Part shown: piece by piece, positions 38,425 through 46,204 of the stretch
Layout: the number at the start of each line of letters is the position of its first letter
How positions within the stretch are numbered: position 1 is the first letter of the stretch
DNA from: a candidate division WOR-3 bacterium
Lineage (GTDB): Bacteria > Hydrothermota > Tepidihabitantia > Tepidihabitantales > Tepidihabitantaceae
DNA: 64,000 nt
Assembly (NCBI GenBank): GCA_965648935.1
Contig: CBFGIY010000003.1
Span: 484-64,483, forward strand
Direction of reading: 5' to 3'
Notes under the pieces: generated by a model
Seen by the model: only the letters and a program-made list of their open reading frames with translations
Database searches by the model: none
Told to the model about the DNA's origin: nothing
Made by a program: the position numbers and the translations under genes

Positions 38425-38609
38425 CCCCGCCTCCCGCGCTTGATCGCCCACGATATGCCCTCGCCGACCGAGAGCAGCCCGACCACGATGATGATTACCG
38501 GCCAGTCGCGCTTGAACACGACCCCGCTGGTCAGAACGCCCAGGTTGGCCAGCCATATCCACAGGCCGACCCCGATGGTGACCAGTCCCCAGATGATTGT
38601 CCGTATCAT
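38421..38609 (-). CDS. small two-TM membrane protein (paralog of the downstream gene)
   Basis: 62 aa, MIRTIIWGLVTIGVGLWIWL...DWPVIIIVVGLL. Overlaps the DUF4097 stop. Confidence 0.5.
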   Translation of the reverse strand: MIRTIIWGLVTIGVGLWIWLANLGVLTSGVVFKRDWPVIIIVVGLLSVGEGISWAIKRGRRG

Positions 38610-39508
38610 TGCTCCTCCGATTCGTCGCGGACCGTGATGCTGCCGCTGATTGTCTTCACCCGGAATGAATCGCCGCCGGCGCCGAGCCGGATGCGCCTGA
38701 CCCGCTCGCCGCTCTCCAGAGTCTCGTGCGCGGACTCCAGGTCCACGTCGATGTCGCCGTCCTCGGTTTCGAGCTCGACCAGCAGGTCGGCACCGGGCCG
38801 CAGAAGCAGCGTCACGTCGCCCGACCTGGTGACCGCCGCGCCGCCGAACTGCCCGCCCGGCAGGATGTCGACGTCGCCCGAGCGCGTCTCGACCGAAATT
38901 TTGCCCGCGACCCGGGTCAGCTCGACATCGCCCGACACGGTGGCGACCCTGACCGCGCCGTCGACCTCGACCGCCTCGACGTCGCCCGAGACCGTGGTGA
39001 CGCCAAGCTCGCCCTGCAGCTGCGCCGCGATCACGTTGCCGCTCACCGTCCTGACGGCGACGTCGCAGGCGCGCGGCGTGCGCGCGCCGACATCGTCGGA
39101 CACGGCGTTGACCTCGACCGCGCCGCCCGACTCGCGCGCGCTCGGCGCGCCGTCCGAGGTGACGCTGATGCCCTTCTCGCTCGTGCCCGCGACCTCGACA
39201 TCGCCCGACACGGTCTTGACCTTCAGGCGGGCGCCGTCCCCGAACACGCTCACGCTGCCCAGGTCGGCGCGCGACCGCACCGCCGAGCTCACCGCCCTGG
39301 CCACGATGTCGGGAATCCGGTCAAGCCCTGGCGGCATGCGGTGGCGCGACAAGCCGCGGCGCAGCGGCGGCATCGGCGGCGCGGGCGGTTCGACCGGTTC
39401 GTCGGCGGTCCGGCGGCTGATTAGCGCCTCGATGAGGCGCGCCGCCTGGTCCGCATTGATCCTGCCCTCTTCGAGCAGCTTGAGTATTCTCGTTCTTTCC
39501 TCGCTCAT
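38606..39508 (-). CDS. DUF4097 family putative adhesin (YvlB/LiaG-like beta-helical repeat protein)
   Basis: 300 aa. N-terminal SHOCT-like TRILKLLEEGRINADQAARLIEAL. Body of repeated (T/V)VSGDVE(V/L) beta-strand units. Confidence 0.7.
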   Translation of the reverse strand: MSEERTRILKLLEEGRINADQAARLIEALISRRTADEPVEPPAPPMPPLRRGLSRHRMPPGLDRIPDIVARAVSSAVRSRADLGSVSVFGDGARLKVKTVSGDVEVAGTSEKGISVTSDGAPSARESGGAVEVNAVSDDVGARTPRACDVAVRTVSGNVIAAQLQGELGVTTVSGDVEAVEVDGAVRVATVSGDVELTRVAGKISVETRSGDVDILPGGQFGGAAVTRSGDVTLLLRPGADLLVELETEDGDIDVDLESAHETLESGERVRRIRLGAGGDSFRVKTISGSITVRDESEEQ

Positions 39509-39517
39509 CTCGGCCTC

Positions 39518-39895
39518 CTACTTCGCTTCGCTCTCGCCGCGCAGCATCTTCTCGGCTTCCTCGGGCGTTATCTCGCCGCGCTCGAGCATCTCCAGCACCT
39601 GGGCCTGGTCTGCGCCCGGCTCGGGCCTGCCCGCGCCCAGCGCTTCGAGCACCGCGTCCAGCCGGGAGCGCACGGTCGGGTAGGATATGCCCAGCTCCTT
39701 CTCCACCTCGCGGATGACCCCGCGGTTCTTCACGAACACGAGGAGAAACCCGTAGAGGTCCTCGGGCAGCCGGCACAGCTCGGGTATCTGGAACCGGCCC
39801 TTGACTGACGTGCCGCACGAATCGCACGAAAGCTCGGTGATGACGACCCGGGAGTTGCAGACCGGGCAGCGGTGCAGCATCCTTGAGTTTGCCAT
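39518..39895 (-). CDS. DUF2089 family protein (zinc ribbon + HTH, C-terminal SHOCT-like tail)
   Basis: 125 aa, CPVCNSRVVITELSCDSCGTSVKGRF...LVFVKNRGVIREVEKELGISYPTVRSRLD...LERGEITPEEAEKML. Confidence 0.7.
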   Translation of the reverse strand: MANSRMLHRCPVCNSRVVITELSCDSCGTSVKGRFQIPELCRLPEDLYGFLLVFVKNRGVIREVEKELGISYPTVRSRLDAVLEALGAGRPEPGADQAQVLEMLERGEITPEEAEKMLRGESEAK

Positions 39896-39907
39896 TGCCT
39901 GCCTCGC

Positions 39908-40183
39908 TCAGTTCATCTCGACCGGCACGACGCTCGGCGCGGCTACGACCACCCGCGGCCCCTGCGCCGTGACGACCACCTCGGGCATCATCGCGCCGGT
40001 CAGGTCAACCGGCCGCACCACGACCTCGTCCAGCATCATTGCCGGCGCGTGCGCCGCAACCACGACTTCGTCCATCCGACCGGCGCCGCCGCGCGACTCA
40101 CTGCCCGCTGCGGCGAACGCGACCATCGCGCCGACCAGTACCGCAACCAGCCCGACGGTCATAACGATTCCCTTTGCTGACAT
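39908..40183 (-). CDS. small secreted/membrane-anchored protein with EVVV-type repeats
   Basis: About 91 aa from MSAKGIVMTVGLVAVLVGAMVAFAAA with an AGGAGG RBS 6 nt upstream. The upstream part of the ORF-track ORF lies in the AT-rich non-coding region. Confidence 0.45.
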   Translation of the reverse strand: MSAKGIVMTVGLVAVLVGAMVAFAAAGSESRGGAGRMDEVVVAAHAPAMMLDEVVVRPVDLTGAMMPEVVVTAQGPRVVVAAPSVVPVEMN

Positions 40184-40200
40184 CGAAACCTCCTCGGCGT

Positions 40201-40395
40201 TACAACGCCATTGACTCTTTGCCGCTCTGAACATTGATATATCAAATCTGCGCCCATCGCTCAAATTGATATTGTTAATCTCAAGCTTCATCGTATTCAT
40301 TGTAGCCTGTTGTACAACGATGTCAAGCAGAAGTTTCGCCAAACATTGAAATTATCAACATTGACTTTAACTATATCCATTTCGGATGGCCTTCT
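40201..40395. promoter_or_regulatory. AT-rich (about 37% GC) intergenic control region with palindromic operator-like sites
   Basis: Sharp GC drop between convergent and divergent genes. Contains the perfect palindrome TTGATATATCAA (40234-40245) and related TTGAtatTGTTAA / TTGAAATTATCAA / TTGTACAA elements. Lies immediately upstream of the minus-strand DUF2089/DUF4097 cluster. Confidence 0.4.
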
Positions 40396-40540
40396 TGTGC
40401 AACTGGTTGAAAGATAGCGGCTTGTGCGGCCGGCTCTCTCGGCGCTAGCGGCCGGCCTTGGTCTAGCCGGCCGCGAAATCGTGACGGAATCGCTTGACGG
40501 TCAGGCGGGGGGTGTCTGAAAATGCAGGCGCAGATCGACA

Positions 40541-41665
40541 TTGCGCGGTGACGATCGGCCGGTTGACTTGGCGCGGCTTGAGGATATCTTAGAAGCCATC
40601 AAGCCGTTCGCCACTCTTGCCTCGCTCTGTTTCGCCGCCGCGCTGGCCTGCGGCGCGCCCTCTGTCATCGGCCGGGTTGAGGGCGGCGCGGTGCGTTCGG
40701 TCGTTTCCGGCCGGTTCGTGACCGCCGACCTCGACGACCTGCTCATCGCCACTGCCGAAGGCACGGTGCGCGTCGCGCCCCTGCCCGGCCGTGCGGCCCA
40801 GCCGGTCCACCTCTACCGGCTCGCGCTCTACCGCCAGTCCGGGCCCGGCCTGGTCCGGGTCTGGCAGAGCGACCCGCTGCTCGGCACGGCCGACTCGACC
40901 CTGCCCGGGCCGTGGGCCGCGGCCGACCTCGAATCCGACGGCCGCACCGAACTGCTCATCTTTCACCCCGAATCCTGCCTTGTCGTGCGCTTTGACGCGC
41001 TCGGCCAGTCGAGCCGGGCCGTGCCGATGCCCGGCGCCGCGGTCGAGGCCGCGGCCTGGTGCGACCTTGCCGGCGACGGCCGTTACCGGCTCGCCGCGCT
41101 CGAGCGCGGCGCGGTACCCGGGCCGCTGCGCCTCCTGCGCTTCTGGGACTGGGCCGATTCGGGATTCGCGCCGGCCGCGGTCGAGCCGCTCGGGTTTGAT
41201 TGGGGCGATTCGGTCGCCATTCACCTGCTCGGCGCGGCGCGGCTTGAAGACTACCACGGCCTGCTGCCGGTAATCGCCGGGATTCACCGCGCGGTCCGGC
41301 CCGGCCTCTACGGCATCGCCTGGTCTGATTCGCCCGGCTCGGTTCGTTTCACCGCGGTGCCGTTTCCCTGGCGCAACTGGTTCTCAAAGACCGAGGTCCT
41401 GCCGGCGGGCCGGCTTGAGCTGTTCAATGTCGGCGACACGCTCGTCGCCTGGGGCTACTTCGTGCCCGGGGCGCGGCCCTCCGGCCCGGGCCGCAGCTTC
41501 GCGGCGCTGCAGGACGGTGCATGGCGACTTCTGCAGCTCACCGAGGCGGCCGCGCGCATCGCCGGCCCGGCCTGCCCCTTCTCGTGGCAGGGACACGCCG
41601 GCTGGCTTGAAGCCCGCGACGGATTGCTGCACTATTATCCCGATGGCATCTTCCGCTGGCGCTGA
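40541..41665 (+). CDS. hypothetical lipoprotein (FG-GAP-like DLxxDG motifs)
   Basis: 374-aa ORF with lipobox-like ...LCFAAALACG. Start codon uncertain (no clean in-frame ATG near the signal peptide). Confidence 0.45.
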   Translation: MRGDDRPVDLARLEDILEAIKPFATLASLCFAAALACGAPSVIGRVEGGAVRSVVSGRFVTADLDDLLIATAEGTVRVAPLPGRAAQPVHLYRLALYRQSGPGLVRVWQSDPLLGTADSTLPGPWAAADLESDGRTELLIFHPESCLVVRFDALGQSSRAVPMPGAAVEAAAWCDLAGDGRYRLAALERGAVPGPLRLLRFWDWADSGFAPAAVEPLGFDWGDSVAIHLLGAARLEDYHGLLPVIAGIHRAVRPGLYGIAWSDSPGSVRFTAVPFPWRNWFSKTEVLPAGRLELFNVGDTLVAWGYFVPGARPSGPGRSFAALQDGAWRLLQLTEAAARIAGPACPFSWQGHAGWLEARDGLLHYYPDGIFRWR

Positions 41666-41680
41666 TTCGCCTGGCCGGCG

Positions 41681-42101
41681 CGTGCTCAGGGTTTCACGCC
41701 ACGACCTGCTGTTCGCGCTCGAGAACCGCTCGCCCGGCACCACCCATTACCTTGACACGCTCACCGGCGATATCATCCCGGTCTTCGGGTTCAACCGCCA
41801 GCAGATACTGGCCGCGGTCCGCGCCGAGCCGTCGCGCTACATCCGGCTCGCGCCCCAGTCCGGCGTCGAAGGCTACAGGGCGATGGAGTCATTCGCGCGC
41901 ACGGTCAGCCGCAGCGAAGCCCGCGCCCGGCTCCAGGCCGCACTGCAGAAGCCGCCCGTGTTCCGCAGTTTCCGCGAGGCGCTGGAGAGCCTGCCCGGCG
42001 AGATGGACCGCTGGCTCAACTTCCGCGCCGAGTACGGCATCAACATCATAAGAAACCAGTTGAGCGCGACCGGGGTCGCGCTCGAACTGGCTGAAGAGTA
42101 G
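41681..42101 (+). CDS. hypothetical protein
   Basis: About 140 aa from the GTG (VLRVSRHDLLFALENRSPGTTHYLDTLTGDIIPVFGF...). Protein-like composition. The 5' part of the ORF-track ORF overlaps the previous gene and is junk. Confidence 0.45.
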
Positions 42102-42130
42102 CCGCCGGACTGCCCGGCCGCGGGTCCGGC

Positions 42131-43405
42131 CTAGTCGACCACGACCAGCCGGCCCGAACCCGCGCCGCGCGCCGACTCGACCCGGCACAGGTACACCCCG
42201 GCCGGGACCGGCATGCCGCGGCTGTCGCGGCCGTCCCACACTGCCCGGCCGCCAGTGCCGCAGTCCTGCTGCCGCACGAGCGCGCCGCGCGCGTCGTACA
42301 CGCGCAGCCGCGCCGCATACGCCAGATCGGCCGGAAGCGTCAGGGCCGCGCCCGCGCCGCGCCGCACCGGGTTGCGGGTGAACTGCACCCGCAGCGCCGG
42401 GCCGCTGCCCGGCCCGGCCAGAGCCGAAAGAAGCTCGCCCCGGTAATTGCCGTTCTGAGCGCTGCCGCCGCTGGAACCGCCGATGCTGTACAGCGCGCCG
42501 CCGACCGCGACCGCGCCCAGCGAGGCGCGCGCCGACGGCATCGGGGTCGCTGTCGACCAGGTGCCGGTGCGGGTGTCGAACACCTCGACGATGTCCACCT
42601 GCGGCCCGTTGAAACTGATCTGACCGCCCACGCAGAACAGGTACCCGTCAACCGCCGCGGCCGAGAGGTACATCCGGCCGGTCGGCATCGGCGGCAGCAC
42701 GGTCCAGGTATTGCTCGCCGGGTCGTACGCCTCGACCGTGTTGAGCGGCGGCTCCGTGCCGGTCCAGCCGCCGCAGACATAAAGCTTGCCGTCGATCACG
42801 GCCGCGCCCGGGCCGGCCCGGCCGGTCGGCATCGGCGCGACCGTGTCCCAGGTCGCGGTCCCCGGGTCATAGCGCTCGACCGTGCGCGGGTAGACCGCGC
42901 CGCCGGCGAACCCGGCGCAGACGTAGAGCATATCTTCGAGTCCGGCCGCGGCCGGCACGGTGCGCTCGTAGAGCATCGGCGCAAGGCCGCGCCAGGTGTT
43001 GACCGCCGGGTCGTACTCCTCGACGAAGTTCATCCGCCGTACCCCGTTGTAACCGCCCGCGATGTAGACGCGGCCGGCCGCCGCGGCCCCGGCGCAGCCG
43101 TTGCGCATCGAGTCCATCGGCGCCTTGACAGCCCACGAATCGCCGGCCGGGTCATAGACCTCGTTCAGGGTCAGGCGCGAGCTCGAGTAGCCGCCGACGC
43201 AGTACACCAGCCCGTTCGCGACCGCGGCGCCGTGGCCGAAGCGCGCGGTGGGCATCGGCTGCCTGGCTTCCCATTGCAGATCGATGAGCCGGGCCGCCGG
43301 CTCGGGCGGGCCGGCCGGGGCGGCCTCCGGCCCCACGCAGCCGAACTGGTCAACCGCTGCCAGGCCGGTGACGGACACAAGACAGAGGACGATGGCGATA
43401 CGCAC
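42131..43405 (-). CDS. Kelch-repeat beta-propeller protein with C-terminal T9SS sorting domain
   Basis: 424 aa. Signal peptide. Six Kelch units (..GLVYCVGGY.. / ..GRVYIAGGYNG.. / ..GKLYVCGGWTG..). CTD ...LRVYDARGALV...GVYLCRVESARGAGSGRLVVVD. Confidence 0.75.
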   Translation of the reverse strand: MRIAIVLCLVSVTGLAAVDQFGCVGPEAAPAGPPEPAARLIDLQWEARQPMPTARFGHGAAVANGLVYCVGGYSSSRLTLNEVYDPAGDSWAVKAPMDSMRNGCAGAAAAGRVYIAGGYNGVRRMNFVEEYDPAVNTWRGLAPMLYERTVPAAAGLEDMLYVCAGFAGGAVYPRTVERYDPGTATWDTVAPMPTGRAGPGAAVIDGKLYVCGGWTGTEPPLNTVEAYDPASNTWTVLPPMPTGRMYLSAAAVDGYLFCVGGQISFNGPQVDIVEVFDTRTGTWSTATPMPSARASLGAVAVGGALYSIGGSSGGSAQNGNYRGELLSALAGPGSGPALRVQFTRNPVRRGAGAALTLPADLAYAARLRVYDARGALVRQQDCGTGGRAVWDGRDSRGMPVPAGVYLCRVESARGAGSGRLVVVD

Positions 43406-43495
43406 TCTTGACTCCTTTCGCGCGGCACTGCCGCGCCGCGATGACTGCCGGCAATACTATTTCGCTTCCGCGCGCCGCGGCGCTCGCGCGGCGGC

Positions 43496-45550
43496 CTAGT
43501 CGAGCTTGACGAGTTTCGCGCTTCCGACAGCGTCACCCGCGGCAAGCCGCAGGTGATAGACCCCGGGCCCGGCGGCCGCGCCGCGTGCGTCGCGGCCGTC
43601 CCAGGCAAGGCTGTGCCGCCCGGCGCCGAGCTCGCCCGCGCTGATGGTCCGCACCAGCCGCCCTGCAGCGTCGAGTATCTCGACCCGGACCGCGCTGCGC
43701 GTCGGCAGGGCGAGGTTCAGCCGCACCGGTCCGCGCACGACACTGCCCGACGCCGGCTCCAGCGCCAGACGGGTGATGCCGCGCGCCGCCTCGGCCTCCT
43801 CAGCCAGCCCGACCGTGGTCGTGTGCTTGTCCAGCAGCCACTCGTTGGGGTCGAACTCAAGACTGAGCGGCTGGGCCGGCACGCTGAACACGTTGCGCTG
43901 CGGGCTCGCCGTGATGTCATAACGGAATGTCTGCGACCCGCCGCTGTAGTTCACCCGCACCTCGACCGGCGTGCGGAAGAACGCCGGCGCGCCCGAACCG
44001 TTGCTCTGCGACAGGTCGACCACCGCCTCCCAGCCCTTGCCGGTCTCGCGGCCGTACCAGCGCACCGAGTAGTTCGGGTACCCGGCAAGGTACACCCACT
44101 CCTCGAAGAACCAGCCCAGGTCAAGCCCGGTCTGACGCTCGAACACCCGCTGCATATCGGCGAAGTTGGCGTTGCCCATCCGGAACGAATCGCCGTACGC
44201 CCGCAGCGCCGCGAAGAACGCGCCGCGCGTCGAGCCGGTGTCGCCGATGACGTAGCGCAGCATGTGCATCAGCCACGCGCCCTTGCAGTAGCTGTGGCCC
44301 CAGTCAAACTCGTGTCCGGGCGGCGGGTCGTACAGCGGGTGACGGTCGGTCAAATCTTCGCTGAAGTAGCTGTCGGCCCGGCTGCGAATCATCGAAAGAA
44401 ACGCGGCCCGGCCCCGGTAATACTCCTCGTACAGCTCGTCCGAGTAAGTCGCGAAACCCTCGTTGAGCACGATATTGCGCCAGTCCAGACAGGTAACCAT
44501 GTCGCCCCACCACATGTGGGCCAGCTCGTGGGCGATGCCGTTCACCGAGCCCGAACGCGCCCACTGCCGGTGAATCGTCGTCATCGTCTGGTGCTCCATC
44601 CCGCCCCACGGGTAAGGATACACCGCGACCATCCCGTACTTCTCGTCGGCGAACGGGTAGGGACCGTAGAGGTCCGGCTGTGAGAAGAAGCTCAACATAT
44701 CGGTCATTCGCGAGAAGTTGCCCGCGGCCAGGGTCGAATCCTCGGGCCAGACATAGTAGCGCACCGGGGTCGAGTCCCCGCCGTTGCGCCACCACACCTG
44801 CCAGTCGGTGAACTTCGACGCGGCAAAGCACATCAGGTAAGTCGAAATCGGGTAGCGGTGAGTCCACCAGTAAGTCTTCATGCCGGCACCGGCCGTCACC
44901 GAATCGAGCACGCCGTTGGCGCACGCGCTCATCGAATCGGGTACGGTGATGTTTATCTGGCAGCCGCGCTCCGCCTTGTCCCACGGCTGGTCAAAACACG
45001 GGAACCAGTAGCGCGAGTCGTCGGTCTCGGTCACGGTGTAGGCCACCGCGTGCGGGATGCTCTGTGTGCCGCGCGCGTACCAGTAGTAACCGCGATTCTG
45101 GGTGCCCGAGCTGCGCCGGTACCAGATGTCAAGCTCCAGCGACTCGCCCGCCGCGAACGGCCGGTCCAGGTCCACCAGCAGCCGGCCGCTCGGGGTCGAG
45201 AACGTGCAAGCGTTGCCCGCGCGCCGGATCGAGTCACAGACCAAGCCCACGAAATGCAGGCTGAACGTGTCGAAACTGTCCACGCGCGGGGTCAGCGCGA
45301 TGCGGCAGCGCGCGCTCATCGCGCCCGAGGTCAGGGTCGTGGCGAGGTCCACGCGGTAATGCCGCACGTCATAGCTGTGCGACGACTCGGCAGCCACTGT
45401 TGAACGCGGGCGCGCAAACAGCGCGGTCTTGCCCTCGTGCAGCGGCTGGGCCGCAACGGCCGCGGCAAGCAGAACGAGCACGGTCAAAGTTTTCACCTTA
45501 TTCTCCTTTGGGTAACTGCTGATTCTAGTCCGGTGCCCGGCCCGAGTCAA
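43496..45550 (-). CDS. M1-family zinc aminopeptidase with C-terminal T9SS sorting domain
   Basis: 684 aa. Signal peptide. HELAHMWWG (HExxH) plus VLNEGFATY (GxMEN/NEGFA region). CTD ...VRVEILDAAGRLV...GVYHLRLAAGDAVGSAKLVKLD. Confidence 0.85.
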   Translation of the reverse strand: MTRAGHRTRISSYPKENKVKTLTVLVLLAAAVAAQPLHEGKTALFARPRSTVAAESSHSYDVRHYRVDLATTLTSGAMSARCRIALTPRVDSFDTFSLHFVGLVCDSIRRAGNACTFSTPSGRLLVDLDRPFAAGESLELDIWYRRSSGTQNRGYYWYARGTQSIPHAVAYTVTETDDSRYWFPCFDQPWDKAERGCQINITVPDSMSACANGVLDSVTAGAGMKTYWWTHRYPISTYLMCFAASKFTDWQVWWRNGGDSTPVRYYVWPEDSTLAAGNFSRMTDMLSFFSQPDLYGPYPFADEKYGMVAVYPYPWGGMEHQTMTTIHRQWARSGSVNGIAHELAHMWWGDMVTCLDWRNIVLNEGFATYSDELYEEYYRGRAAFLSMIRSRADSYFSEDLTDRHPLYDPPPGHEFDWGHSYCKGAWLMHMLRYVIGDTGSTRGAFFAALRAYGDSFRMGNANFADMQRVFERQTGLDLGWFFEEWVYLAGYPNYSVRWYGRETGKGWEAVVDLSQSNGSGAPAFFRTPVEVRVNYSGGSQTFRYDITASPQRNVFSVPAQPLSLEFDPNEWLLDKHTTTVGLAEEAEAARGITRLALEPASGSVVRGPVRLNLALPTRSAVRVEILDAAGRLVRTISAGELGAGRHSLAWDGRDARGAAAGPGVYHLRLAAGDAVGSAKLVKLD

Positions 45551-45790
45551 ACCGCCTGACCCCCGCCCGGCTCACGCGTGGCAGGGACCGCGCCCGAATC
45601 ACGACCGGTCCGGCTCAGTCGAGCAGGGTCCGGTTCTTGGCTAGATGGCACTAGAAGTCTCGCTAGCGGGCAACGAAAGCTCCCCCCAGCCGGCAACCCA
45701 CCTTGATTGCTGAACCCTGCGGCCTCGGTTGCCCTGTAACATCCCGAGTAACTGTGGCTTGCGCAACTTCGCGCCAGCGTTAGGCGACTC

Positions 45791-45820
45791 TTGACAAGAG
45801 AAAGAGAGAGAGACTATCAT
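45791..45820 (+). promoter_or_regulatory. near-consensus sigma70 promoter
   Basis: TTGACA (45791-45796), 18-nt AG-rich spacer, TATCAT (45815-45820), about 78 nt upstream of the 45899 start. Confidence 0.5.
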
Positions 45821-45898
45821 GGGTCGCAGCCGGGCGTTCGCCCTGGTCGCGAAAGAGGATAGCAGGCGTACCAATACAAAGGTGCCACGACGACTGCG

Positions 45899-46204
45899 GT
45901 GCTGATGCTGCTAGCAGTGGTCGTGCTCATACTCGCGGTCCCGACTCACGCACAGGGGAAAACCGTGGTGGTCATCTACGGCAAGGGCGGAGTACGGCTC
46001 TGGCCACCGGCAATCTGCCCGGAGCAGGACCCGGCCAAGTGCGCCGACGTGACGTTCGAATCCGAGACCCCAACCGAAGTCACCGTAGCAGATGCCCTCG
46101 ATGGCGCCAACTACGCGGCCGTGCTGGCGGAACCGATTCCGGCAAACCTCAGCTCGATGCCGGGGTCCGAACTCCCAGTCGAGAGCATCGAACCTCTCGA
46201 ATGA
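45899..46204 (+). CDS. small secreted hypothetical protein
   Basis: 101 aa. Signal peptide MLMLLAVVVLILAVPTHAQG. Near-consensus sigma70 promoter about 80 nt upstream. Confidence 0.5.
   Translation: MLMLLAVVVLILAVPTHAQGKTVVVIYGKGGVRLWPPAICPEQDPAKCADVTFESETPTEVTVADALDGANYAAVLAEPIPANLSSMPGSELPVESIEPLE

Noticed and set aside
45560-45900. Possible tRNA, tmRNA or RNase P in the intergenic regions 45560-45900 and 61563-61920
   Set aside because: No cloverleaf-compatible segments, no conserved RNase P (GGAAAGTCC-type) or tmRNA tag-reading-frame features by eye. Cannot be excluded without covariance-model search.
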